60,625 bases of DNA, filler included, from Hausera hauseri (GCA_046269625.1; 12 parts of 12 records of this genome joined end to end with filler, not necessarily neighbours in it), one strand, 5' to 3'; numbered from the whole stretch's first letter, positions 24,971 through 38,189 are shown. Made by a program: numbers and translations. The notes: generated by a model not told the origin, from the letters alone.

Positions 24971-25930
24971 GGGAATGACACAACATCTCCAAGATACGAA
25001 GATGAAACCATATTAGATTACGTGGATGAATGTAACCGTTATGTTGAGCCGAAATCATTTGCACCTGTTTTTCCAATGATTATTGATAACGGTAGTGGAT
25101 GGTATCAGAATATGTGTTCAAATATAGTCCACTCGATGTCATAGCAAATTTTCGAAAATTATTGGATTACTAAGTACCTACGAAGATGATACCTTGGTAT
25201 AGGAACTCTTCAAGAAAAATACTGCAATCTGATAAAATCTTATTTATTTCAGTGGGATTCATAAAAATTCTATCAACGAAAAAACTAGAAATACCCGAAT
25301 TACCAGTCGATGTATGGGCTGATAATTATCGAGAAAAAATATTAAATTCATTGGTGAATAATGATAAATCATGTGTAGAAAGTTATGAAGATCACTGTAC
25401 TAATACTGAGACAAAGTTTATTGTGTCTGTGAATGTAGATTTCTTTAGACACTTCTGTAGTGCCTGGGATGTGGTCGCACTGGATGGGTTAGTGAATCGG
25501 TGAGGCGATTTTCCCCACGCAACAACAAACACCGAATAATATTGCTAATCAGTATACCAATCAATTCGTAAGCCTCGCCAGTGTAAAATTCAGGATTCAG
25601 AAATCGTACTTGGTGGAACTTTCAGAATATCAAATGAGCGTTATTTGAGTCATTCTACTGTTCGAAAAATATTTGATCTGGTGGTGAAAGTATTTTTTGA
25701 CAATGTGATCATTACACAATCATACAGCAATCGAAAACTGAAGCAATCAATAATAGACCGAAAGAAAAGAGCGAAGAATTTAAGAGAAATAGCAAAACAG
25801 AATAGGGTAAATTTCAGAGATCAAATATAAACAAAGCAACATCAAACGTCAACGAGAAGATAGATCACTCAACAATACAATTTTGTATCACTCCGATGAA
25901 CAACAGAAAAAGAAACAATGTAAGTTTTAA
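24971..25930 (+). pseudogene. Decayed intronless coding region of unknown, possibly viral, origin
   Basis: Successive co-oriented ORF pieces (25186-25503, 25645-25830) ending in a basic tail. No motif recognised. Confidence 0.35.
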
Positions 25931-27514
25931 CTGATTTTTCATGCCGATGAACGTATCCCCAATTTTTACAATTTAGTACGATTTTGGTATTAATTTGGAA
26001 TAAAACTTTTATTATTAAGGGATAGTGAGTCATTTAAAGCCTTTCATGTGAATTATATAATTGATAAGTTTAATGGGTTAGAAAGGAAGTTTGGGTTTTC
26101 TCAACCCTAAACTTATACTATAAAAAGATACTCAGAATAGTCTAGGGTAAGCTGTTCCCAAGACTCGACTCTTTATTTAGTCTTAAAAGCAGCCTGTGGG
26201 GTCTGCTTTATCAATTACTTTGGTGTATGTGTAAGTAACGATCACTAGGAGGTACACTAGTGTCGTATCCCCTTAGTTATGAGATTTTATACAACCGCCT
26301 TATGGGCGGAATACCAAAAGGAGGGCCCTAAGTTTAATATGCTTTATTTACTCTTATAATAAATGTATGAAAAAGGTCTACTATAAATGTATATTTACAA
26401 AAGAACAATAAAAATAACACTTACAGTTATTATAATACATAGAATCTTCGATGAAAGAACAAATAAATAAGTCTGTATATCAGTTCAATCAATTTCAAGT
26501 TCTATTATATGACAGTTTTCACACACGTATATATACTATTTATGCATGTCATGACTGTGAAAGGGAAATAAATGGGAATTTGCCAACACATAAAATAATT
26601 ACATGGAAATAAGCAGATGATTTTCAAGACAAAAATAAATATGTCAGTCATTAACATAAATTCTAGTTAGTATTTTCAGAACAAAAATAAATATGTCGGT
26701 CATTCTGATTGATTGTAATATCAAATAGGCCTGTAACTTGGTTATTGGGTATCAACATATGTACCTAAGTAACCGCAGATTATGTGCTGATTATTAGATG
26801 AATATTTTTATTTTATTAGGCCATCCTGAAAGTATTATAAATCGAATATGAAAGGAATATTAGGTTTAGAAAAGGAACGAAAATTTTATCAAAATTCAAA
26901 ATATCTAAACATAATGGGAGGGGAGACTTGAAGAAGTTCAAAAAGCTGAAACATTTTAATACTCCAATTGCGTAATTTTGACATCGTTGGCAAATTTTTT
27001 ATGAGCATTATATTTCGTATGTATCTGACTATTTTTTTATAAAAAAAGTCGTGTGTGACAGTACGATATGTTCCCTTGTAAGTTCAAAATGCAGAAATTT
27101 AAATACGATAAACCATATATAAATGTCATGGAAGCAATATGCGAACCATCCCAAGCAAATTATAATAAACTTTTTCCTAATGCTTTAAAATACATAGGAG
27201 AGAAAAGACGTCATTGTCAGTCACAAATTGTTATGAAAATTATCTATTCAGCTATAAAATGTTGTGTTTATTAATAATATGAAAAATAGTTTTGACAGCA
27301 AAGTTAAATTACAGTGAGAAGGAATTGCAAAGGATATTAATGTGTAAATTCAATTCAAAGTTAATTCAATAATCAGCCAACACAAAGTCAGAAAATTCAG
27401 AAAAGAAGTGAAAAAAGGTTCATTACCGGAGTGAACGAAGATAAATTCGTATATAAACTTTTATAATAAATCTCTTATGAATAATTCTATATTACAATCA
27501 TCAAGTGAGGTTGA

Positions 27515-29069
27515 GGTCGGGATGGTAGAGACGCGATATACCAACATTGCGACCAACGCTTAAGAGACTTCTTCGAAAAGAAATTGATGCACAAAGAATT
27601 CCAGAAAGGTAAAAACGTGGTAACCTTTATTGGAAAATGCGAGAGATACTTCGACTTCATAAAGATGTGAAGACGGACCGAGAAACCGCGGTTCTGTGCC
27701 TGTTGGAGAAAGAAGCTCAAGAGGAATACAATCTGGTGAGCTAGAAGGTGAAAGGGTACCAAAACCGGTTGATAAAAGCCTTCTGAAAACTCACAACGCT
27801 GTGTGAAGATATGCATAAAGCCTTGAATTACTTAATGAGGGGGGCAGAACCAGATACCTACTTCAACAAAATCAAACAGCTGGTGAAGGACATCCTTAGC
27901 CACGAAATAACACCGAAAGCTCTAACAGAGGAATTGATGATCCACTGTTGTGACAGTCTGCAGATGAGAAAGGAATTCTACCACACTGACAAAAAAAAGA
28001 AGAACAAATCAAAGTGAAAATACAGAAAGTTCACGAAGTGGCAACAAAGACGGAAAAGATAAACACAGTCTGTGAATACATTAGAGAGAGTCGACGGAAT
28101 TACCGGTATGTGGCGGTGCACAAATTTGACAAAACAAGGCAAGAAAGGTGGAATTTCAAACTGCACAATACGCAGGCAAACAATATATTGAAATGCTAGT
28201 TTTGTCAGAAAGACGTGCATACAAGCAGGACATGCAACCTCAAACAAGCACCAAGATATTTTGGTTATAGAAAAGAAAGTCACATTAACAGGAATTACCC
28301 GGAAAGGACACCCATAATATGCTATAAACATATAAGACGGAACTGCATAAACATAAAATGCAGTAGATGTCACAATAGAGGTCACAGGGAAGAAGCATAC
28401 AATACAAAATTGGGCAAGAGCAGAAGAGAGCAAAATACGTATACCTACAATTTCAAAAGTGCGGGGTATGGTCAGAAAAGAAATGGAGAGAGGGTGAACA
28501 GCAGGCACGCAGATGTTGCAAATGTTTATAAATACTATGAAGAATCCATGACAGAGTCGACAAACCCAAAAGGTAGAGTCTCGACAAAAGTGGAGCCAGT
28601 CGGAGCATTATATTAAACAACTCCAAAGACTCCCAAAATATTTAAAGGAATGGACAAGATATTGAAGAAATGGAGGAAAGAACAGAGGAAAATGTACGGA
28701 GGTTCATAAAAAGGGAAACGTTTTGGGACAGAAACGAAGAAGTACGAGTTACAGAAAGTGAAAACCAGAGCCTCCATGAACAGAGAATTTTTCCCTGGAA
28801 GGATTGACGGAAGAGCAAATTAAGTACGATAAACTAGAGGGACGGTCAAGTATAAAAATAAATAGACAAGATAGATGGCAAGACTGCCTATTTGACACTG
28901 GGGCACGAATGAACGTGATGAGTAGGAAGATTTTTGAAAGATGGACAGATGCCCGGTTGTAGAAATTAGATATCATGCTACTTTAGGCAAATAGTAGCCC
29001 AATAGACTGCATGGGTGAACTGTCCGTAAATGGGGAACTCAAGGGTGTACAGAAGCGCGTAACTTTCAT
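27515..29069 (+). pseudogene. Ty3/Gypsy gag and protease remnant
   Basis: Zinc-knuckle remnants (CY..HIRRNC; KCSRCHNRGHREEA) and aspartic protease motif DCLFDTGARMNVMS near 28885-28925. Confidence 0.8.
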
Positions 29070-29376
29070 NNNNNNNNNNNNNNNNNNNNNNNNNNNNNNN
29101 NNNNNNNNNNNNNTTAATTAATTAANNNNNNNNNNNNNNNNNNNNNNNNNNNNNNNNNNNNNNNNNNNNAAATTCTGCAACATCGTTGTCCTCTAAAAGA
29201 CATGTATGTAACTTTGAATTTTACCAAACTTTGAATTTTTTAAATTTCTGCTTGCGACGCCAATTCTTGTATTTGTCAAATTCAAAAAGTCGAAACTTTA
29301 TTTGGGATCACACATTTAATCAACTTATGTAATAAAGTTACTACAGTTTTACAAATAGTTTTTGGCTGGTGAGAAG

Positions 29377-29419
29377 ATTGAGTTCACTCGCGCAGGTTCG
29401 AATCCTGCTCGTGACACCA
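29377..29419 (+). other. 3' 43 nt of a type II (Ser/Leu-like) tRNA including CCA; probable extended primer-binding site
   Basis: Variable-arm stem GAG-TTCA-CTC, T-arm GCAGG-TTCGAAT-CCTGC, acceptor 3' strand and CCA at 29417-29419, then G and TGTTGT. No 5' half present. Confidence 0.75.
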
Positions 29420-30668
29420 GTGTTGTATTAAGGAACAATATTTATTTAAAAGACCAAAAACAATTTGAATGTTAAAACAAATATTCAACATTTATGTTTT
29501 CCGCATCAAGGATATTTTGGAGCGGAAACCTCGGTTATTCTTTCTTTGTCGGTCTTTGCTTATTTTCATTCCTGTTGTGATGGATAATTTGGTTATTTTG
29601 TCCAGGACATCTTCGTGTGACGCGATGAATCGTCGGATGGAGGATGAACTAATTCCGGTGCTAAGGTATTGCCGATTAATTGATCTCGGCATTATTGTAT
29701 AATTGTTTGCTTTAGTTGGTATTTCGTGGCCTTATTCTTTGGTTCGTTAGGAAGTCTGAGATTGCTTGATTCTCATGTTTCGGAGTTTAAAGCGTTCCGT
29801 GATGTATTTGAGCTTATGATATATTTCTTATCTAGTGGTCATAGTTTTTCTTCATGAGATATTGCGCAATCGATAGTTAGGAACGCGGTTGGTTCGGTAA
29901 TTATTATTAAGTCTAGTTTGTTTTTGAATTCCACGCCGGATAGTTCTAGAGTTTCTTCTCGTTTATGTAGTTGAGTTCGGTTGGGTCGTCGTTAAGTACC
30001 CTCGTAAATATTTTACAGTTGTTTTTCATTAAATAAATGGTAATGAATAAATCAGGAAAACGCGTAAACTTTTATTCATGAAAATTCGAATATTAAAACG
30101 GACCAGATTCTGAAGATTTATACAAATTATAACAGTATAGTCGTGGACCATTTTCAATTTCATTTCACATGCCACTCACAGTTCATTCCAATTCCTTGAA
30201 CTACAATTTAAAACCTTTCCATTCACCGACAATATTAGTGTATGGATCCGAAACGCATCTGTTGAGATGTTTCTTTTATCCGACTTTTATGTTAAATTTC
30301 TCATCATACTTTAAACAACTTAATGTTGGTTATTAATAAAATATTTTATACTGTGAATTTAGTTTAACAATGTTACTTAATATTTGATTAATGAAAATAA
30401 ATTTTTGATGGCTTTATTAATCCGTTTTGAAATGAACCTTTAAAATCTTAAGCGCCCGGACGTTTTAGTCATAGTATTCACATCATCAGTATCCTTGGAT
30501 TAACCTAAATGCATTCAATTTTTTAGTCTACATTTTTAGATACCTTGTACATGATGTTGAAGAGGATAATGAAGATATGAAATATGAAATATTTCCTTGG
30601 ATATTGGGTCCTTATTGGCGAAATAATATTTCCATTTTTTTCAAAAGAAAGACGAAATTTGGGGAAGG

Positions 30669-31040
30669 ATGAACTATAGAGCTATTGTCAGTAAAAAGTG
30701 TTGCGATGAACTTATTTCAATATTTCCCGACCATCACATTTGGCAACGAGAAAGGCCTGTTCATCACGGAGGGGCTGTAAGAAGTTATAAAAAGGATATT
30801 AAATTTTCAGTGCCTAAAAGCCCCAATGTTTCTCCTAAGACTTGTCCAAAATGTAATCCAGACAAGAATACTAGTCAAGTTAGCAATAGTCTTTACGATT
30901 CGGCTTTTGGTAGTCTGTGGGAATGTGACAGTGAAAGCGATAGTGATGAATCTAACGATATCTTGCTTTTACCGAAACAGACTATTAGACTCTATGACAC
31001 GTTCAAACTTTTGGAAGAAGAATCAGAATCCGAGTGGTGA
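30669..31040 (+). CDS. Hypothetical protein of probable Maverick/viral origin
   Basis: Intact 123-aa ORF with CxxC and acidic tail, followed by AATAAA, convergent with Maverick-type genes. Confidence 0.4.
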   Translation: MNYRAIVSKKCCDELISIFPDHHIWQRERPVHHGGAVRSYKKDIKFSVPKSPNVSPKTCPKCNPDKNTSQVSNSLYDSAFGSLWECDSESDSDESNDILLLPKQTIRLYDTFKLLEEESESEW

Positions 31041-31208
31041 ACCTGACAGACAAAAGGCATAAAATAAATCCTATTGAACACTACATAGTCCATGATTATT
31101 ATTGTTATAACCTACCCGTATTTATGGTTTTTGAACTATTCAACTGACCAATACTGCTAAACATGTCATGAATATTATTTACAGAAAGAAGGAAATACGG
31201 ACATATAT

Positions 31209-31700
31209 TCAATATTTGCATGAAACAGTCAATACAAAGCCGTAGACATTTTTTAAAGCACAATACGGTCCATGATCACAATACGGACATAAGATATTGT
31301 CAGGTACCATCGCCAGCGAGTTGTTCGATGTTGTTGAATACGTTGTCATTCGCAACTCGAAAAACTGTGAATGGAGTTGTGTAAACTTTTGTCCGCCAAT
31401 TTGATCTTTAATGTAAAACATTGTATTTTCAATGTCAAAACGATCACAAATGTGTCCCATAATACACGGCGCACAGAAAATTGAATTGCCTTCATACCAA
31501 TGAAGTTCATGACGATGTCGAAAGAGAATTCCATTTGTAAATTTTGCCTTTTCCGTCAGGTCTTTCCACACAATACCAGACTTGGATATGTACACAAGCG
31601 GTTCGAAAATGTTACAGATGTCTATAATGCATAACTCCTTTATTATATACCGGGCATTATCATCTTGGAAAGCTTCAATGTCTATAAATCCTGTCGCCAT
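31209..31700 (-). CDS. DEDD-like exonuclease-fold protein of the kind seen in arthropod Mavericks
   Basis: FIDIEAF..YIIKELCI..HELHWYEG..FYIK..CPYCDHGPYCALKNV. Confidence 0.65.
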   Translation of the reverse strand: MATGFIDIEAFQDDNARYIIKELCIIDICNIFEPLVYISKSGIVWKDLTEKAKFTNGILFRHRHELHWYEGNSIFCAPCIMGHICDRFDIENTMFYIKDQIGGQKFTQLHSQFFELRMTTYSTTSNNSLAMVPDNILCPYCDHGPYCALKNVYGFVLTVSCKY

Positions 31701-31776
31701 TACTTATCATTTACAAAATCATTTTTGTTTATAACACAAGGAAAACAACTAACTAATATTATTATTATCACAATCA

Positions 31777-32240
31777 TTAAACATAGGTGGTTTTGTCCAT
31801 ATCACAAAAGCCAAATTCTTTGCGTTCATTTCGTGTAGCTTCATTGACAAAATAATCCCCATTGTTCCGGTGACATTGCATGGAATTTCCTCTCTTCACA
31901 GCGAAGAAAACCGATTTGTGGGATTGCACTGCCTTTCGAAAAAGCATGTTTCCCCGGATTGGTTTTCCAGCAACACCTTAATTTCACCACAAAAGTCTGA
32001 ATTAATGACACCGCAGCCTACAACCGTCAGTTTGAGCCTTGTCAGTCCGCTTTTCGATAAAAGTTGGCCGTAGTAACCGGGTGGAATCGCCAATCGAATC
32101 CCAGTAGTTATGAATTTGATTGTGCTGTCCTAAATTGTCGTATTGACGTTGTAAAACACATCGTAGCCTGTACTGTTTGCTGTAACACGTCTCGGTACAA
32201 AGGCATTTTCGTCAGTTAAGATAATCTTTACATCATTCAT
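31777..32240 (-). pseudogene. dut: dUTPase (trimeric type), decayed
   Basis: Motif 1 STGYDV, motif 2 SKSGL, motif 3 GVINSDFCGEIKV, motif 5 remnant RKEFG, plus TTGIRLAIPPGYYGQL. One stop and a frameshift. Confidence 0.88.
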
Positions 32241-32424
32241 TATCATTATTCTTATACCAATATTAATATTACACGTATATTCATACTCGTTAATTGGGTT
32301 AATGAAAGAAGAAGAACGGTAAGACAAAACAACAACAACAACAACAACAATATTTATTGATAACTAAAATGTGCTTCAGCTACACGCCAAATCGGGATTT
32401 GATACCGGTTTTTTCCTTGTATCC

Positions 32425-33197
32425 CTACAATTCAATATTCAGTCGACGCTTTAAATTATGATCGGGTACATTAGACATTTCGCGACCAATAAAATCAAAC
32501 AATTTCGTTTTCTGAGCCGGTAAAACAACAAATTGCTGTTGCACGGTCGTTTCGTTCAACTTTAAATCCACGTTTAATTGATGCAGAGCATCAGAAAGTT
32601 TATCCAAATTTTGACTCGAAAGCCGTTTTACACGATAGCTGTACTTGGGTGGGCATAGAGACACGGGATCGTTCAATGAAATCAGTACGGGCGTTTACCG
32701 AAAATGCATTTCATACTTGCGAAAAATTCGTTTCGGTAAAAATATGTTTGGTGCGACGGATTTGATTTTCGTCTACGTATCCCAATCATTGCATTTTGCC
32801 TTTTTAACGTCGGTTTTGCTGCTGATGATTTCTGAGCAAGTTCCTTTTTCATTTCCAGACAATCGACATCATAGTCGCCTTGCAGTCACTTGCCATTAGA
32901 ATTATCACACGGTTTTTCTAATTATTGGACAGGTTCTGTTTTCGTTTCCAGAAATTTGACATTACAATTAACCTTTTTGTAGCCAAACAACCACGACCAA
33001 TCTGAACTTTCATGATTCTCACAACCACCATCATCATCGTTGAGTAGAATCGTTTTGTCGTCTTCCATGGCAGTATTGTCTGAATGAGCATAGGAATGGT
33101 ATTTATAGTTTGTTGTTGTTATACATAGTATATTATTTTGATTCACTAAAACATTTATGTAGTTTTTAATTTGATTAATAATCGGTTCATAGTCCAC
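32425..33197 (-). pseudogene. Two small hypothetical viral/Maverick-type ORFs
   Basis: Compact, intronless, co-oriented ORFs (32425-~32870 with stops; 32922-33197) upstream of the dUTPase. Confidence 0.35.
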
Positions 33198-33996
33198 TGT
33201 CCGAATACNNNNNNNNNNNNNNNNNNNNNNNNNNNNNNNNNNNNNNNNNNNNTTAATTAATTAANNNNNNNNNNNNNNNNNNNNNNNNNNNNNNNNNNNN
33301 NNNNNNNNAAAGTAATGAAAATTTGTAAAAGTTCAAAATTCCTAAACGTAGTTGGGGAGATATGAACAAATACAAAATGTTGTTACATTTAAAATCTTGA
33401 AATGCGTTATTTTGGCTTTCTTGACAAATGTTTTAATTAATATTATTAATCAGCATTATATTTTGCACTTTTCTCATTATTTGTTATAAAAACCCAGATT
33501 TACAATAAAATTTGTTTCCTTGTTAGAATATTTCTGAAACCACGACCGCTCAGCCAAGGACTCTGAGGATCTTCTGTATGGAGAAGTTATTATAATAACC
33601 GTCATTTATAATCGATATTGAAACGAATTTGTATCGAAATAGAACGTCCCGCGCGCTTGATAGAATTTTCAAGTCAAAAGCTGACGATGAAATACAGTTG
33701 AGTATACTCGCTAATCATGCCAAATCGAGGATCGATAAATTGCTCAATGAATTTTAATGCGTCATGGTGAGCGGCATTTGTAAACTCTCGATTTTCTATT
33801 TAAATTGTGTACTTAAACAAAATAAATTCGAATTTTAATTTTTGAATTTTTCCAAACACGTGTTTGTCAAATGGTGAAACCGTAAATTGTTCCATTTGAC
33901 TTTGTAAGAAAACCATGCACTCATATTGCAATTTTCCATATATTATTATTCAGCATTGCGATTGGATTATTTACATGAAAAGCCCTGATTAGTAGC

Positions 33997-34206
33997 ACAG
34001 GATCATTACAAAGTCCTGCAAGAAAATTTTTGCGCCAGAGTTCGGGTTTAGTGTGATTGTTATGTGATGGTGTGCTTTCATAATTTTATATTGTTCATTA
34101 TCTATATGCAAGGCAATAATATTAATGCACACCAACACATAAGTATCTCACACTAAATCTGAACTTTGGTGCAAAAATTCTGATGCTGAACTTTTAATCA
34201 TCTTGT
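33997..34206. repeat. Fold-back/MITE-like inverted repeat
   Basis: Arm 33997-34075 is an imperfect reverse complement of arm 34127-34206, with a ~50-bp AT-rich spacer. Confidence 0.75.
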
Positions 34207-34419
34207 AAAGTCTCTTCCCTTAGTTTTTTGTTTCTATATTTTATAAATCCATCATTCGTCTGTCTACTTTGCATCGTAATAGAAGAGAAAAGGCGGAAAC
34301 TTTCTATTTTAAATCACATTTTTAATAAAGATGTTATTAGCACTAATAGAGTTATATCAAACCTATTGCACAAAATCCTTCTTTTCTTTTATAACAAGGA
34401 AACGAATTTTACTGTAAAT

Positions 34420-35280
34420 TTTTATTACAGGGGATAAATTGGAATCGCAGAACTATATCACAAAATGATAACGAACGATTGTAAATTAGATATGGAAATC
34501 ATGAGGACAAAATGAGCTCTTATCTACGCTAACCCTGAATTAGCATCACAAATAATTCCTGAGGGAAGGAATTTTCGGTCGAGTTACCGGTGAGAGAAGA
34601 GACGTATCAATCAATGTAGAAGAAAAACTGCATACAAGAACTTCCCGTTATTTATCGGAATACTCCGCGGTTAGCCATGCCGCTTGAAGAGTATTATTAG
34701 ATAATGTGACCGAGCCAACGATCCTTAAGGAACGTAAGGCAAGTTTAGGAAAACCCATGTTTAGACGTAGCGAAACGGATTGGGTAAGTTTGCCAAATGG
34801 AGGCATTACCGCCGCTCCTATTAAGTTAACAGGAACTAACTTCGTAAAAGGAATAACAGACGATAAATTCCAAGACACCTCATCAAAAGGTATTTATAGA
34901 CCAAAAGAAATTGAAGCCTTTAGACAATTTGCTTTTCCGCGACAACGGACACGAATTAAATCGAGTCATGGCCTCCGTAGTAGATGATACTCAATACCAA
35001 TCCAAATTTGGAATCCTTGCTCGGAGTAAACCATTACCATCGAGTAACCACGGAAATACTTGAAAATTTTGGGAAGATTTTTAATTTTTGTACAGGCTGC
35101 ATCTGGATTTCTAGCGATATACTTAATCCAACTAATTAAGGCAGTCATCCCAGCAGTAATAAATGGATATGAAATATTTACGTTGACTGGATTTTCATGT
35201 AAAATTTTGACCTCGATTATCACACCCTTCGGAAAGTTTTTAAAGGCATATGAAGAAAGCAGATGGAAATCGGATGTAGA
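34420..35280 (+). pseudogene. Chuvirus-like glycoprotein, C-terminal half with TM region (copy H)
   Basis: IAELYHKMITNDCKLDMEIMRTK..PMFRRSETDWVSL..KGIYRPKEIEAFRQF..GRFLIFVQAASGFLAIYLIQLIKAVIPAVINGY. Confidence 0.8.
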
Positions 35281-35904
35281 ACGTCATGTTGGCTATCATA
35301 ATCGTAAACGAAAAGGAAGACCGATGTTTTTGTACAAGCGGAAGCTCACCAAACCTAAAACACGAAATAATTCGGATGATGACGAGCCGAAGGGAGGAGA
35401 AGCCCTTTTAAGAACGGACAGACATAAGATGTATTTCATCTTAAAGGCACCATCGCCTGTTACCCCCTTCCGCTCCAGTCTATGAAGACTGTGATAAGAG
35501 ATTAATGAGTTTGTATCAAACAGAAATCTATAAGAGAACGATTAGTCTAGAAGACCCTTATGAAGGGATGAAACAATATGGAATCTTATGGAAATTGTGC
35601 TATCGACAGTCTATAGACGAACCTAGAATTTTGTACTCCAAGAGAACCTCTAGAGACTAGAGCACTTGTCTGGGGAAATCAAAGATTACAGACTGTCCGG
35701 AATGTAGAACCACACACTAATAACCGAGAACCACTAATTAGTACTCATGAGTTAGAAGAGTCCAGCCTCCAAAACAACGAATTATACCCAAATGGAGAAT
35801 TAAGACAATTATCGGAAAACTTGGTGTCCTCTTCGGAAATCAGGATAAAACGGTCATAAAATATCGACAATCAGACGCCCGAAAGCTGAATCGAATTGTT
35901 TCAG

Positions 35905-36260
35905 AACAGTAATAGAAGGAAGACCCTTCGCCAAAATCACTATTGAAGATTGGAAAGTTTATGCTCTAATCGACACAGGCTCCGAAATGTCTTACATCAA
36001 AAATGACTCAATTCCTCAAACGTTAAGAGGACAGTTGTATCCACCATCAAAAAAAGATCCTGTAAGCACAGGAGCTTTCGGTCAAATGTTGAAACCGATG
36101 TTTAAATGGAACCCCGAAATTCGAATAGTTGGACAGTTTTTCCGTCACGAATTTGCAATTTGTAGTTCTAGGCTGCGACCTATTGAAAAAACTACCAAAT
36201 ATAGCAATAGATTTGCAAACTGGAAAACTAAGAGATTAGGCCAAATAAAGGCGTAAAAAC
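35905..36260 (+). pseudogene. Retropepsin aspartic protease (copy H)
   Basis: IEGRPFAKITIEDWKVYALIDTGSEMSYIK. Confidence 0.9.
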
Positions 36261-36699
36261 ACCTAAAGTCAGGAAATTTGGAGAAGTGTGGATCCCAGTA
36301 GACGAAAACATTCCAGCAATAACAGAAGTAATAATCTACGTGCAAATTCAACAAGATGACCAACCAGTATATTTTGAACCAAAGGAAGCGTTGAATCCGA
36401 TCAGAATAGCAAATAATGCACGGACCCTGGTCAAGTTACACGCTTATACTACTTTAGGAAATACTTATGGAGTATCGTCTATAACTATTGAAGAAAACCC
36501 TATAAATATGCTGAATTTCCACCTTATGTTGAAACCAAGTTTTCACTTGAATCTTATTGTCCATTCTATGAATTATGCCGTTATAAATTAATTATTGCCA
36601 AAGACGATGATGATATTGGTAGAGCTAGAGCTCTAAAACTGACTATTCCACTTAAAAAGCCCGGTTCAAACGAAGAAATAGATTATGAAGGTCAGAAGA

Positions 36700-37320
36700 T
36701 GCCGAAATGGTATCCTCCACCCCATTCACTGAGACCCGAGATAACAAGGGGTTGAACGAATGCTTAAAGCAGATATAATTAGGCCCAGCTATAGACCTTG
36801 GTACTCGCTAATCCTTATGTTTAAAAAGAAAGGTACTACAAAACATTGCTTTTGTATTGATTACAGAGCGCTGAATAATCTTATGATGAAAGATTCTTTC
36901 CCATTACCATCAGTAAAAGAAGCTCTAGATAGGCTTTCAGGAGCAATATGGTTTACTACTCTGGATTTACAATCCGGATATTGGCAAGTGGAAATTGAGG
37001 ATAAAGACCGCTATAAAACAGCGTTTAAGACGCACGATGGCGTTTATGAATTTAATGTTATGCCGTTTGGTATTACTACCGGACCAGCTATTTTTACAAG
37101 GATGATGAATAAAATGTTAATGGGACAAGACCACGCTTTAGCATACTTAGACGATGTAATGATAACATTCACGACAGAAGGATATTTAAAAGATATCGAG
37201 CACACATTAATGCGATTGGAACAAGCAAGGCTAAAATTAAACCCAAAGATATGCAAATTGGCTCAAAACGCAGTATTGTACCTTGGCCATATAGTTGGAG
37301 AATGAGGGTCGAAACCAGAC
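36700..37320 (+). pseudogene. Ty3/Gypsy reverse transcriptase (copy H)
   Basis: FCIDYRALN, KDSFPLP, FTTLDLQSGYWQV, KTAF, MPFG, YLDD (37144-37155), YLGH. Confidence 0.97.
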
Positions 37321-37329
37321 AAGCCGTTG

Positions 37330-37940
37330 TTGAACAAGATGTCAGATTGCATGAAGCTGCAAAATTAGAAAGAGCTAAGACACTGGCTAAGTTTATGTGA
37401 ATATTACGCCACTTATGTGCCAGACAACTCGAAAATAAATGCACCTTTATATCGTCTGCTTAAGAAAGGAATTAAATGGAAATGGACCGATGTCGAACAG
37501 AAAGCTTTCGACGAAATTAAGAAAGTCTTAACAAGCGAACCAGTTTTACGATACCCAGACTTTAACTTGTCATTTATAATCAAGACAGATGTCAGTAAGG
37601 AAGGTATCGGATATGAATTAGCTCAACAACGAGATGAAGAATTGGAACATCCAATTGCATATGAAGGACTTTACTTGAAGAAAGCCGAGAAGAATTATTC
37701 TGTTACGGAATTAGAAACTTTAGCCGTTAAAGAAGCACTTCAACATTTTAACGTTTGTGTATCGGCAGAAAATCATAATTGTGTCGGATCATAAAGCTGT
37801 CACGACTTTACCGGGACGAGCAAACAATCCCACATGCAGACTTGACAGATGGATTGAAGAATTCTTTAGATATAATATTGAATTTCAGTATAAGCCTGGA
37901 GACAAACAACTAGATGCGGATGCACTATCGAGATTAAAAA
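37330..37940 (+). pseudogene. RT connection and RNase H (copy H)
   Basis: PVLRYPDF..IKTDVSKEGIG..NYSVTELETLAV..SDHKAV..YKPGDKQLDADALSR. Confidence 0.95.
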
Positions 37941-38189
37941 CTAAGACAAGTGCAATTACGGTAATGAAGAAAGCTCAGCTTGATGAATTAATAGATCGCC
38001 AACGCGCTTTAACGTTGGACAAAGCAATGAAAATCTCAACCGAACAGAAAAGGGATAAAGTCATCCAGCAGATTATAGAATTTTCTAAAAGGGACACAAT
38101 ACGGAAGGGACGACAATTAAAGAAGCACCTACAGAGAGACGGACACAGATATTGTGTCTTGAATGATAAAGGCCGCGAAGGCATTTTAT

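Noticed and set aside
29377-29419. Functional tRNA gene
   Set aside because: D-arm, anticodon arm and 5' acceptor strand are missing.
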